64,000 nt of DNA from an uncultured Gammaproteobacteria bacterium (GTDB lineage: Bacteria > Pseudomonadota > Gammaproteobacteria > Steroidobacterales > Steroidobacteraceae): contig CAWCBA010000005.1 in assembly GCA_963793675.1 (NCBI GenBank), positions 344,645-408,644 on the forward strand, in the 5' to 3' direction. Both the position numbers and the translations under genes were made by a program. Positions 51,198-60,280 of the stretch are shown one piece after another; position 1 is the stretch's first letter, and the number at the start of each line of letters is the position of its first letter. The notes beneath the pieces were generated by a model that saw only the letters and a list, made by a program, of their open reading frames with translations, was not told where the DNA came from and searched no databases.

Positions 51198-53786
51198 GTG
51201 GTGCGGCCTTCATCCCTGCGACGCTACCTGCCGGCGCTGGTTCCGATCGTCATGTTCGGACTGGCCATCGTCGCACTGCACCGGCTGGGCGGTGAATTTC
51301 AACTGCGCGGGATCCTGGCGGAGTTTTCCGCCATCGAGCCGTGGCAGTTGCTGACGGCGATCGCGCTCGCGGCCGGAAGCTATGCGGCACTGGTCGGATA
51401 CGAAAGGCTCGCGCTCTCCTACGTCGCCCGCGAGTTGCCACTGGGCACGGCCGCACTGTCGTCATTCATTGCCAACGCCGTCGGCCACAACGTCGGCGTC
51501 GCAACGCTTTCCGGCGGCGCGATCCGCTATCGGATGTATTCGCCGCTGGGCCTGGGTGCGGCGGAAATTGCACGCATCGTCGCCTTCTGCACCGCGACGT
51601 TCGGGTTGGGCGCATGCACCCTGGCGGGCCTGTCGCTGATCGTGGACGCAGGCGAGGCGTCGTCCCTGCTGCACGCATCGGAAGGCGTCTCACGTCTGCT
51701 GGGCATCGTCGCGCTGGCGGCGGTCGGCGGCTACCTGGCAGCCTGCTCGCTGCGACGCACCCCGCTCGAGTGGCGCGGTTACTCGATCACGCTGCCGTCG
51801 GCAGGCATCGCCACCGGCCAGGTCGCTCTCGCCGTCGTGGACCTCACGCTCGCTTGCGGCACCTTGTACGTGCTGCTGCCGGAGTCGGCCGGCGTTTCCT
51901 TCGTGGCATTCCTCGGCCTGTACATGGTCGCGCTCGCCGTGAGCGTGCTGAGCCTGGTGCCGGGAGGCCTCGGCGTCTTCGAGTCCATCCTCGTCCTGCT
52001 GTTGCCCCGCGTTCCACCTACCCAGATGCTGGGTGCATTGCTCGCGTACCGGCTCGTCTACTACGCGCTGCCTTTTGTCATCGCAGTCGCACTGATGTCG
52101 CTGCGCGAGGTGCGACAGCAACGCCATCGCCTGTCGGGCGCGTGGAGCTGGACCCAGCGCTCGCTCGACTTCGTCGTGCCACAGGCGATCGCCCTGCTGG
52201 TGTTCGGCGCCGGATTCGTGCTGCTGCTGTCGGGTGCGACGCCCGCTGCGGCCACGAGACTGGCGGCCCTTTACCGGTTCATGCCGCTGGCAGTGCTGGA
52301 AGCGTCGCATCTCGCGGGCTCGGCAGTGGGCGTGCTGTTGTTGATCCTGGCACACGGACTCGCGCGACGCCTCGACGGCGCCTGGCAAGTGACCATGGCG
52401 CTGCTGGGCGCAGGCGCCCTCGCATCGCTGCTGAAGGGGCTTGACTACGAAGAGGCGCTGCTGCTCGGCCTGGTCGCATCGGCGCTGTACCTGACGCGGG
52501 CGCAGTTCTACCGCACCTCCTCGCTCGTGGTGGAATCCCTGTCGCCGGCATGGCTCGCAAGTGCAGCCATCGCCATCGGCGCGTCGATCTGGATTGGCTT
52601 GCTCGCCTATCGTCATGTGCCCTACGCGAGCGAATTGTGGTGGCAGTTCGCTCTCGACGGTCACGCTCCCCGCATGCTGCGCGCCAGCATGCTTGCCGTG
52701 CTGCTTTTCGGCAGCATCGCGACTTTGCGCCTGCTGGCGCCGGCGCGTGCCTCACCGGCTCTGCCGACCGACGCGGAACTCGGGCGTGCGGTGCCGATCA
52801 TCCGCAACTCGACCAACACTTCGGCCAACCTGGCGCTGCTCGGCGACAAGTCGCTGCTTTTCAGCGCCAGCGGCAAGTCATTCGTGATGTACGGCATCGC
52901 CCGCCGCAGCTGGGTCGCCATGGGCGACCCGGTCGGGCCCGTGGCGGAACAAGCCGAGATGGTCTGGCACTTCCGCGATCGCGCCGATCGCGCCGGCGCG
53001 TACAGCGTGTTCTACGAAGTCGCCGCGGAAAACCTGCCGCTCTATGTCGATGCCGGGCTCGCCCTGAGCAAGCTCGGCGAGGAGGCCCGCGTCAGGCTCG
53101 GCGATTTCTCACTCGACGGCAGTGCCAGGGCGGCGCTGCGGCAGTCGAACCGCAAGGCACGGCGCGAAGGACTCAGCTTCCGGATCGTCCGGCCAGGCGA
53201 CGTTGCCGACCTGATGCCGCGCCTGCGCCAGATCTCCGACGACTGGAAGCGGAGTAAATCGGTCGCCGAAAAAGGCTTCTCGCTCGGCCGGTTCTCGGAA
53301 CCCTACCTGCGCTGGTTTCCCCTGGCACTGGTCGAACACGCGGGCGAGCCCATCGCCTTTGCCAACCTGTGGGACAGTGATTCGCGCGCGGAACTGTCGG
53401 TCGACCTGATGCGGCACAACACCGCGGCACCGAAGGGCGTGATGGATTTTCTCTTCACCGAACTGATGCTGTGGGGCCGCAACGAGGGCTATGACTGGTT
53501 CAACCTGGGCATGGCGCCACTGGCGGGCCTGGAGGCTCATCGGCTGGCGCCGGCGTGGCACAAGGTGGGCCGCCTGATCTATCGCTATGGTGAGGACTTC
53601 TACAACTTCGAGGGACTGCGCCAGTACAAGGAAAAATTCCAGCCCGAGTGGCGACCTCGATATCTCGCCGCACCCGGCGGCCTGGCGCAGACGCGAGTGC
53701 TGTTGGACGTGACGACGCTGATCTCAGGCAAGCTGCTGGACGCCGTACGCCGGGACTCGCACGCCGAAATCCCGGTGGCGCGTTAG
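51198..53786 (+). CDS. mprF: bifunctional lysyl-phosphatidylglycerol flippase/synthase MprF
   Basis: ORF 51117..53786. The likely GTG start is at 51198/51201, after GGAGG. It has about 14 TM segments and a C-terminal aminoacyl-PG synthase domain (..MDFLFTELMLWGRNEGYDWFNLGMAPL..). Confidence 0.9.
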   Translation: MVRPSSLRRYLPALVPIVMFGLAIVALHRLGGEFQLRGILAEFSAIEPWQLLTAIALAAGSYAALVGYERLALSYVARELPLGTAALSSFIANAVGHNVGVATLSGGAIRYRMYSPLGLGAAEIARIVAFCTATFGLGACTLAGLSLIVDAGEASSLLHASEGVSRLLGIVALAAVGGYLAACSLRRTPLEWRGYSITLPSAGIATGQVALAVVDLTLACGTLYVLLPESAGVSFVAFLGLYMVALAVSVLSLVPGGLGVFESILVLLLPRVPPTQMLGALLAYRLVYYALPFVIAVALMSLREVRQQRHRLSGAWSWTQRSLDFVVPQAIALLVFGAGFVLLLSGATPAAATRLAALYRFMPLAVLEASHLAGSAVGVLLLILAHGLARRLDGAWQVTMALLGAGALASLLKGLDYEEALLLGLVASALYLTRAQFYRTSSLVVESLSPAWLASAAIAIGASIWIGLLAYRHVPYASELWWQFALDGHAPRMLRASMLAVLLFGSIATLRLLAPARASPALPTDAELGRAVPIIRNSTNTSANLALLGDKSLLFSASGKSFVMYGIARRSWVAMGDPVGPVAEQAEMVWHFRDRADRAGAYSVFYEVAAENLPLYVDAGLALSKLGEEARVRLGDFSLDGSARAALRQSNRKARREGLSFRIVRPGDVADLMPRLRQISDDWKRSKSVAEKGFSLGRFSEPYLRWFPLALVEHAGEPIAFANLWDSDSRAELSVDLMRHNTAAPKGVMDFLFTELMLWGRNEGYDWFNLGMAPLAGLEAHRLAPAWHKVGRLIYRYGEDFYNFEGLRQYKEKFQPEWRPRYLAAPGGLAQTRVLLDVTTLISGKLLDAVRRDSHAEIPVAR

Positions 53787-53802
53787 CAACCGGGAGCTGC
53801 CG

Positions 53803-54579
53803 TTGCCACGACATCGCGCCTGGTTCCCAACCCTGCTCGTCGTCGTTTACTGCTGCACATCCTGTGTGGCTTGCACACAGGCGGCCGCGCCCACCGGACC
53901 GGCAAGTACGACGACGTTTCCGGTTGCATCGAACAGCGTCGACGACCTGCCCCTGCTCGAGCTTCCGGTCGCGCCTGACGCCGGCGATACCTGCGCGATC
54001 CTGCTCTCGGGCGACGGCGGATGGTCAGCCCTCGACAAGGCGGTGGCGAGTGAGCTCAACGCGCACGGCATTGCCGTGGTGGGCTGGGATTCTTTGCACT
54101 ACTTCTGGGACGCGCGTACGCCAGCAGGTGCCGCCCGCGATCTCGACCGCGTCATGCGCCACTACACGCATGCGTGGCGCAAATCGAGTGTGCTGCTGCT
54201 CGGGTACTCGCAGGGTGCCGACACATTGCCGTTCATGATCAACCGGCTCTCGGCCGACACTGCCCGACTGGTCAAGGCCACCGTCCTGATCGGCATGGGT
54301 TCAGAGGCATTTTTCGAATTTCACCTGAGCCACTGGATCGGCACGCCGAAGGGCGGGCTGCCGACCCGGCCGGAAGTCATGAGCGGAAGGCTTGGCTCCG
54401 TGCTCTGCATTTACGGCCAGGACGACGACGATTCCGCGTGCCGGGGACTGCGTGGCCCAGGGGTGCGCGAAGTCGCGTTGGCAGGTGGGCATCATTTCGA
54501 CGGGGATTACACGTCGCTGACGGCTGCCATCGTCAGTGCCCTGATTCCCGCAGCACGGCGCCAGCGGGTGACTCCGTGA
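53803..54579 (+). CDS. AcvB/VirJ family virulence-factor hydrolase
   Basis: 258-aa ORF with a signal/lipoprotein-like N-terminus and VirJ blocks (ILLSGDGGWS, LLLGYSQGAD). It is the typical partner of mprF. Confidence 0.8.
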   Translation: MPRHRAWFPTLLVVVYCCTSCVACTQAAAPTGPASTTTFPVASNSVDDLPLLELPVAPDAGDTCAILLSGDGGWSALDKAVASELNAHGIAVVGWDSLHYFWDARTPAGAARDLDRVMRHYTHAWRKSSVLLLGYSQGADTLPFMINRLSADTARLVKATVLIGMGSEAFFEFHLSHWIGTPKGGLPTRPEVMSGRLGSVLCIYGQDDDDSACRGLRGPGVREVALAGGHHFDGDYTSLTAAIVSALIPAARRQRVTP

Positions 54580-55582
54580 GGGAATCCCGTGCGACGGTAC
54601 CGGCATCGGACGGTGCGGCGGCAGGGACACGCGAGAAATTTCGCTCACCCACACGCACCGGCACACCCGACGCCTGCTGGAACGCCAGCCGTGCCGTGTC
54701 CCAGTCGATCGTCACATCGACGCCCGCCGTGGCGGCCTGCACCACCCGATCGAGTTCTGCCGGGTCCATGTGCGAGGGGTTGTCCGTGCCTTCGAGCGGC
54801 GCCTGTCGCTCGATGAACAGCGTGCCGCGCGACCAACCGACCTTCGTCGTCTGGTCGATCAGGTTCACCTTCGTGTTCACCGGGATCATCGTGTAGAACT
54901 CTGCGATGTCCTCCGGGAACATGCGGATACAGCCGTGCGTGACCTGCATGCCGACCCCAGCAGGACGGTTGGTGCCGTGGATCAGGTACGAACCGCCGGG
55001 GATGCCGAGCCGCAACGCGTACTCGCCCAGCGGGTTGTCGGGACCCGGCGGGATGAACGGCGGCAGCGGGTCACCCTTCGCCTCGTGCTCGAGCCGGACC
55101 GACTTCGGCGGGTACCAGTTGGGTCGTTCCTGCTTCGAGGCGACCCGGGTGGTGCCGAGCGGCGTTTTCCAGTCCATCTTGCCGGTGCTGATCGGGTACG
55201 TGCGAACGACGCGCGGCTGGCCCGGCTGGGCGGGCGGATAGTAGTAAAGACGGTGCTCGGGCAGGTTGACCACGATCCCCTCGCGCGGCGCATCCGGCAG
55301 CAGGAATCGGCCAGGAATCACCACTTCGGTGCCCTCCCCGGGCAGCCAGGGGTCGATTCCGGGGTTCGCGGCGATTATTTCCTCGTACCCGACGCCGTAG
55401 CGCCGGCCGATGTCGAGCAGCGTGTCCTCGTGCTCTGCCACGGCGATGCTGACCGCGCCGATCACGTTGTCGCCATTGAGCGGCAGCAGGAATTCGCCTG
55501 CCCGGACGTCATTGGCGACGAACGGTGCGAACGCTGCGACCAGCGCAGCGGCGAACCACTGGCCGACACGGTTAACTTGCAT
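54533..55582 (-). CDS. L,D-transpeptidase with LysM and YkuD domains
   Basis: Signal peptide, LysM (DTLLDIGRRYGVGYEEIIAANPG) and YkuD catalytic LIHGTN..THGCIRM. Confidence 0.9.
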   Translation of the reverse strand: MQVNRVGQWFAAALVAAFAPFVANDVRAGEFLLPLNGDNVIGAVSIAVAEHEDTLLDIGRRYGVGYEEIIAANPGIDPWLPGEGTEVVIPGRFLLPDAPREGIVVNLPEHRLYYYPPAQPGQPRVVRTYPISTGKMDWKTPLGTTRVASKQERPNWYPPKSVRLEHEAKGDPLPPFIPPGPDNPLGEYALRLGIPGGSYLIHGTNRPAGVGMQVTHGCIRMFPEDIAEFYTMIPVNTKVNLIDQTTKVGWSRGTLFIERQAPLEGTDNPSHMDPAELDRVVQAATAGVDVTIDWDTARLAFQQASGVPVRVGERNFSRVPAAAPSDAGTVARDSLTESPAGAVLRESGH

Positions 55583-55701
55583 GCAACATTCCCTCCATTG
55601 CCCGCATCTATTCTAGCGACATGGCGACGATCCACGCGCTGCTAGCACGCATTGACCCGGACACGGCACCGCCCGTAGCCTTGCGGCCGCGAGGGAGACC
55701 C

Positions 55702-56229
55702 ATGCCATACAAGCTGACGATCGAGCTTTCCGATCGCGATTTGCGCCATTTTCGCCGGGAATTGAAGAAGGCGCGCGATTCGGTCCAGATTGCAGACGAC
55801 GAGGAAATCCTCGGCGCGGCGGCTGACCTGGTCAAAACCATGAAAGGCGCGGATCTGCCCGACTTCGTGACCGAGCGGCTCGAGCAACTCGACACCTTGA
55901 TCGCCATGGTCACCGACGACGACTGGCCGCTGGCAGACGACGAACGGAATCCGGTGCTTTCGGGGCTCGCCTACCTGTGCGACCCGGAGGACCTGATTCC
56001 CGACGACATCCCCGGCATCGGCTTGCTCGACGACGCCGTAATGATCGAACTCGTGTTCCGTGAACTCCGGCACGAACTCGAGGCTTACGAAGATTTTCGT
56101 GCATACCGCGAATCGCTGATGAAGCGCTCGGTGCTGCGCAGGGCACCGGCCGACGTCGCGGAGAAGATCGCGAGGCGGCGCGTACAACTGATGGCGCGCA
56201 TGCGGCGCCGGCACAAGAGCGAACAGTGA
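55702..56229 (+). CDS. DUF1232 (YkvA-like) domain protein
   Basis: ATG at 55702 after GAGGGAG. The DUF1232 signature is LIPDDIPGIGLLDDAVMIELV. Confidence 0.65.
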   Translation: MPYKLTIELSDRDLRHFRRELKKARDSVQIADDEEILGAAADLVKTMKGADLPDFVTERLEQLDTLIAMVTDDDWPLADDERNPVLSGLAYLCDPEDLIPDDIPGIGLLDDAVMIELVFRELRHELEAYEDFRAYRESLMKRSVLRRAPADVAEKIARRRVQLMARMRRRHKSEQ

Positions 56230-56264
56230 GCAGCGACCGCAAGCGGGTCGCGCTCCTGTTCCGA

Positions 56265-57290
56265 TCAATCATCAGCCACTGGTCCGGCTGACACTCTCGC
56301 CAGCAAGTCCACGATCTGGTCCGGCACGCCGTTGCGGGCTTCCGTGACCGCGACACGCACAGCGTTGGCAAACGACACGTGGTCGGCCCCGCCGTGGCTC
56401 TTGATGACCACGCCCTTCAATCCCACCATGCTCGCGCCATTGTAGGCGCGCGGGTCGAGTCGCGCCTTCAATGCCTTGAGCGTCGGCGCCGCCGCAAGCG
56501 CGCCGAGCTTGCGCACCGTGTTGCGCGTGAACTCTTCCTTCATCGCCCCGCTGATGAAGCGTGCCAGGCCTTCCATCGTCTTCAGCGATACGTTGCCAGT
56601 GAAACCGTCGGTGACCACGACATCGATGTCGCCCGAGAAGATCTTGTCGCCTTCGACGAAGCCACAGTAATTGAGGGCAGAGCCGGCGAGGCGCTTGTGC
56701 GCCGCCTTGATCGCTTCGGTGCCCTTGATGTCTTCCTCGCCGACGTTGAGCAGGCCGACGCGGGGACGCGCGATGCCGTGCAGGTCGGACGCGATCACCG
56801 AACCCATGACCGCGAACTGCACCAGGTGATCGTCGTTGCAGTCGGGGTTGGCGCCCAGGTCGAGCATCACGGTGTAGCCGCCCGCCGAGGGCACGGCCGA
56901 GACGATCGCGGGGCGGTCGATGCCCGGCACCATGCCGAGCACGAAACGCGCGGTCGCGAGCAGCGCGCCGGTGTTGCCTGCAGAAACGCACGCCGACGCC
57001 TCGCCCTGCTCGACGAGGTTGATCGCGACGCGCATCGACGAGTTCTTCTTGCGGCGGAGCGCGTCCTGCGGACGCTCATCCATGGTGACGACTTCGGTCG
57101 CTTCGACGAAACGACAGCGGTCGTGGTCGAGGACGGCGCCCAGCAAAGGCAGCACGACGTCGCGGCGACCGACGATGATCAGTCGCAGGTCGGGCGTGGA
57201 CGCGAGGACATCGAGTGCCGCGGGAACGGCGACTGCGGCGCCGTGGTCGCCGCTCATCGCGTCCACGGCCACGGTCAGGCCGGCGTTCAT
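56265..57290 (-). CDS. plsX: phosphate acyltransferase PlsX
   Basis: 341-aa ORF, collinear with PlsX, in the conserved yceD-rpmF-plsX order. Confidence 0.95.
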   Translation of the reverse strand: MNAGLTVAVDAMSGDHGAAVAVPAALDVLASTPDLRLIIVGRRDVVLPLLGAVLDHDRCRFVEATEVVTMDERPQDALRRKKNSSMRVAINLVEQGEASACVSAGNTGALLATARFVLGMVPGIDRPAIVSAVPSAGGYTVMLDLGANPDCNDDHLVQFAVMGSVIASDLHGIARPRVGLLNVGEEDIKGTEAIKAAHKRLAGSALNYCGFVEGDKIFSGDIDVVVTDGFTGNVSLKTMEGLARFISGAMKEEFTRNTVRKLGALAAAPTLKALKARLDPRAYNGASMVGLKGVVIKSHGGADHVSFANAVRVAVTEARNGVPDQIVDLLARVSAGPVADD

Positions 57291-57312
57291 GCGCGGGCCC
57301 GTCGGAACAGGA

Positions 57313-57507
57313 TTACTCCTGGCCTTCGTCGGCAGCCGGCTTCTCGATCACCTTCTTGCCGCGGTAGAAACCGTCGGCGGTGATGCGGTGACGCAGGTGC
57401 GTCTCGCCGCTGGTACGGTCGACCGACAGCGCGGGGCTGCCGAGGTGATCGTGCGAACGGTGCATGCCGCGCTTGGACGGGGTCTTGCGGCTTTTCTGGA
57501 CTGCCAT
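57313..57507 (-). CDS. rpmF: 50S ribosomal protein L32
   Basis: [20 protein letters not shown]. Confidence 0.95.
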   Translation of the reverse strand: MAVQKSRKTPSKRGMHRSHDHLGSPALSVDRTSGETHLRHRITADGFYRGKKVIEKPAADEGQE

Positions 57508-57510
57508 GGT

Positions 57511-58083
57511 CTACTCTCCTGAAGCGGGTCCGCGCTCGTTGTCTTTCTCGAGCAGCTCCCGCAGATTCGCAAAGGGCGTCTGTTTCTCTTCCACCGCCGC
57601 CTCAACGGCAGCGGGCTCGACCACGGAAGCCGGCATCAATGCCACCACTTCCGCCTCGGACGACAGGCACTCCGGGCTGCCTGCTTCGTGCGCGGGCACG
57701 AGCGGCAACGCGAGCAGCACCTGCTCTTCGATCAGCGCCGCGAGCGACACGCACTCCGGCTCTCCCACGAACGGCTCGTAGCCGCCCGGCACGTCATCGG
57801 TCTCGGCGCGGACGATGGCGACCAGCGCCGATTCGTCCACCACGATCTCGCAAGGCCGCAGGCAGCGCTGGCACTCCAGCACTACCGTACCCTCGACGCG
57901 AACGTCGACCGTCGACCGGCCTTCGAAGGCGCCGAACAGCAATCGCGCATCGATGCGGGTGCCGGGAAGGCCGCCCGCCTGCACGACGCGTTCGAGCTGT
58001 GGCAGATCCAGATGCCGTTCGATGACGGCGGCTCGTGCCGACAGTTCCTTGGCGTTGACCTGATCGGCAGGGCCGGGCGACAT
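57511..58083 (-). CDS. yceD: YceD (DUF177) 23S rRNA accumulation protein
   Basis: 190-aa ORF with LECQRCLRPC and LLALPLVPAH blocks, upstream of rpmF. Confidence 0.9.
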   Translation of the reverse strand: MSPGPADQVNAKELSARAAVIERHLDLPQLERVVQAGGLPGTRIDARLLFGAFEGRSTVDVRVEGTVVLECQRCLRPCEIVVDESALVAIVRAETDDVPGGYEPFVGEPECVSLAALIEEQVLLALPLVPAHEAGSPECLSSEAEVVALMPASVVEPAAVEAAVEEKQTPFANLRELLEKDNERGPASGE

Positions 58084-58142
58084 GGGGCGCGTATAATAGT
58101 GACGCGACCCCGCCCTGTCAAAGAAAAAACGAGCCTAAATCT

Positions 58143-58727
58143 TTGTTTTCCAAGGGCCTGATTCTCGCCTCGACGTCCCGTTACCGTCGCGCCCTGCTGC
58201 AGCGGCTCGGGCTGCCATTCGAGTGCGTCGCACCCGCTGTGGACGAGGTCCGCCTGCCCGACGAACCGGCCGCCGAGATGGCCATGCGACTCGCCCGGAT
58301 CAAGGCCGAAGCAGTCGCCGCCAGGCACCCGGAAGCGATCGTCATCGGCTCGGACCAGGTGGCATTACGTGGCATGGACGTGCTCGGCAAACCCGGTAGC
58401 GTCGAGCGCTGCCGCGAGCAACTGCGGGCGTCGTCCGGTCAGGAGGTCGTCTTCCTGACCGCGGTCCACGTCATCGATGGCTCCGCCGGCCGCAGCGAAT
58501 CGCACGTCGACCGCACGATCGTGAAATTCCGGGACCTGTCGGACGACGAAATCGACCGCTACATCGAGCGCGACCAGCCGCTCGACTGCGCCGGAGGTTT
58601 CAAGGCCGAATCCCTGGGCATCGCCCTCTTCGACCGGATCGAATCGACCGACCCGACAGGCCTCACCGGCCTCCCGTTGTCCTGGCTCTGCGGCGCCCTT
58701 CGCCGCGCACGGGTCCAGATCCCTTAG
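58143..58727 (+). CDS. yceF: Maf-like nucleoside triphosphate pyrophosphatase (YceF type)
   Basis: TTG start, ILASTSRYRRALL, and C-terminal DCAGGFKAESLG. It is divergent from yceD as in E. coli. Confidence 0.9.
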   Translation: MFSKGLILASTSRYRRALLQRLGLPFECVAPAVDEVRLPDEPAAEMAMRLARIKAEAVAARHPEAIVIGSDQVALRGMDVLGKPGSVERCREQLRASSGQEVVFLTAVHVIDGSAGRSESHVDRTIVKFRDLSDDEIDRYIERDQPLDCAGGFKAESLGIALFDRIESTDPTGLTGLPLSWLCGALRRARVQIP

Positions 58728-59883
58728 CCGCGCCACGCTTTTCCGTCCGGGGATTGCCCATCCTCGGCTTGCCCGTCTGCACCACCGGTGTCGGTCGCTG
58801 CACGCGCGGTGCGACGGCCGGTCCACGCGCGCCCTCGGGCTTCAAGGTCTTGCCGCGCTCGTCCTGCGGCGCGCGGGCCTTGCCGCGCGTAAGCGTGTCC
58901 AGCACCGCGCTGAGCTCGGGCGGCAGCGGCGCGCTTGCCAGCATGGGTTCGCGGGTGCCGGGTCGCGTGAATCCCAGTGACGACGAATGCAGGAACATCC
59001 GCTTCAGGCCGTAGTCCTTGAATATTTCGTTGAAGCTCCGGTTGCCGTACTTGTCGTCACCCGCCACAGGATGACCGGCATGTGCGGCGTGCACGCGGAT
59101 CTGGTGGGTCTTGCCGGTGTCGATCTCGACTTCCATCAGCGACGCGAGGTTGCCGAAGAACTGCACGGGCTTGAACGTGCTGACCGACTTCTTGCCGTGC
59201 TGGCGCACGGCCACATGCCGCTCGCCGCTGCGGCGCTCGTCGGTGTCGAGCGCCAGTTCGATGCGCTTGGTTCCCAGGTTCCACTTGCCGCATACCAGTG
59301 CCAGATAGTGCTTTTCGGTCTGGCCCTCGCGCAGCTGCCGATGCAGGTCGCGCAGCGCAGCGCGCCGCTTGGCCACCAACAGGCAGCCGCTGGTGTCGCG
59401 GTCGAGCCGATGCACGAGTTCGAGGTCGGGCTGCCCGGGGCGGGCGCCGCGGAGCGCTTCGATCAGGCCGAAGTCGGTCGCGCTGCCGCCGTGAACGGCA
59501 AGGCCCGGCGGCTTGTTGAGGACGATGAGATCGCTGTCCTCATAGGTGATCGAGTCGAGCACCAGTTGTTGCAGCGATTCGCTGGCCGTCCGGGGCGTTG
59601 CCGGTGGCGGCACGTCTTCGGCCTTGCGCACTGGCGGAATACGGACGATGTCGCCGAGCGCCACCCGCTGATCGGGCTTGGCGCGCTTCTTGTTGACGCG
59701 CACCTCCCCCTTTCGCAGCAGGCGGAACACGTGCGTGCGCGGCACGTCCCGCAGCTGCCGGACCACAAAATTGTCGAGCCGCGTACCGGCGTCGTCCTCG
59801 GTCACCTCTACGTGCGTAACCCCGCGTCCCGGCTCGGGCTCGGTCTGCTTCTCGTCGGTTTCCGGATTGTTTTCGTAAGCCAT
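58663..59883 (-). CDS. rluC: 23S rRNA pseudouridine synthase RluC with a long basic C-terminal tail
   Basis: S4 domain (RLDNFVVRQL), catalytic HRLDRDTSG and HQIRVH. It is divergent from rne. Confidence 0.9.
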   Translation of the reverse strand: MAYENNPETDEKQTEPEPGRGVTHVEVTEDDAGTRLDNFVVRQLRDVPRTHVFRLLRKGEVRVNKKRAKPDQRVALGDIVRIPPVRKAEDVPPPATPRTASESLQQLVLDSITYEDSDLIVLNKPPGLAVHGGSATDFGLIEALRGARPGQPDLELVHRLDRDTSGCLLVAKRRAALRDLHRQLREGQTEKHYLALVCGKWNLGTKRIELALDTDERRSGERHVAVRQHGKKSVSTFKPVQFFGNLASLMEVEIDTGKTHQIRVHAAHAGHPVAGDDKYGNRSFNEIFKDYGLKRMFLHSSSLGFTRPGTREPMLASAPLPPELSAVLDTLTRGKARAPQDERGKTLKPEGARGPAVAPRVQRPTPVVQTGKPRMGNPRTEKRGAAKGSGPVRGEGRRRARTTGGR

Positions 59884-60280
59884 TGATTTTCGGGCCTTCG
59901 CTTGTTACATTCCGGCGCTAGGCAAAGCGCTGGTGCGTCCAAGCAACATCAGGCTGCGCCGAATGAGCGACGCGCGGTTGCACGCCCTTCGGGTAGTGCG
60001 GGGCGCCCGCAATCTTAGTTGGTTCTGAAGTTTCAGACCATCGATCTGCCGCGGACACGCGCAGGTGCCGCAGCCCCGGCGGGCAGCGGACCAGCAGCGA
60101 CCTCGGCGGGTACGATGCCCGACAGCATCAGGATTCGGTCACGCACCGTGCGCCCTGCGCCGGTGCCGAAGAACAGCAAATGAGCGCTCGCACAGACGCT
60201 GCCCGACCTCTTCCCCACGCCACGGCACCATTACCCGTCCGAACCGTACGCGGCCCCAACCTCCAATAACGAGAGGGCCG
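59884..60280 (+). promoter_or_regulatory. rne promoter and long 5' leader (inferred)
   Basis: 397-nt rluC/rne spacer with no ORF support. Enterobacterial rne has a ~360-nt autoregulatory leader in the same context. Confidence 0.4.
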
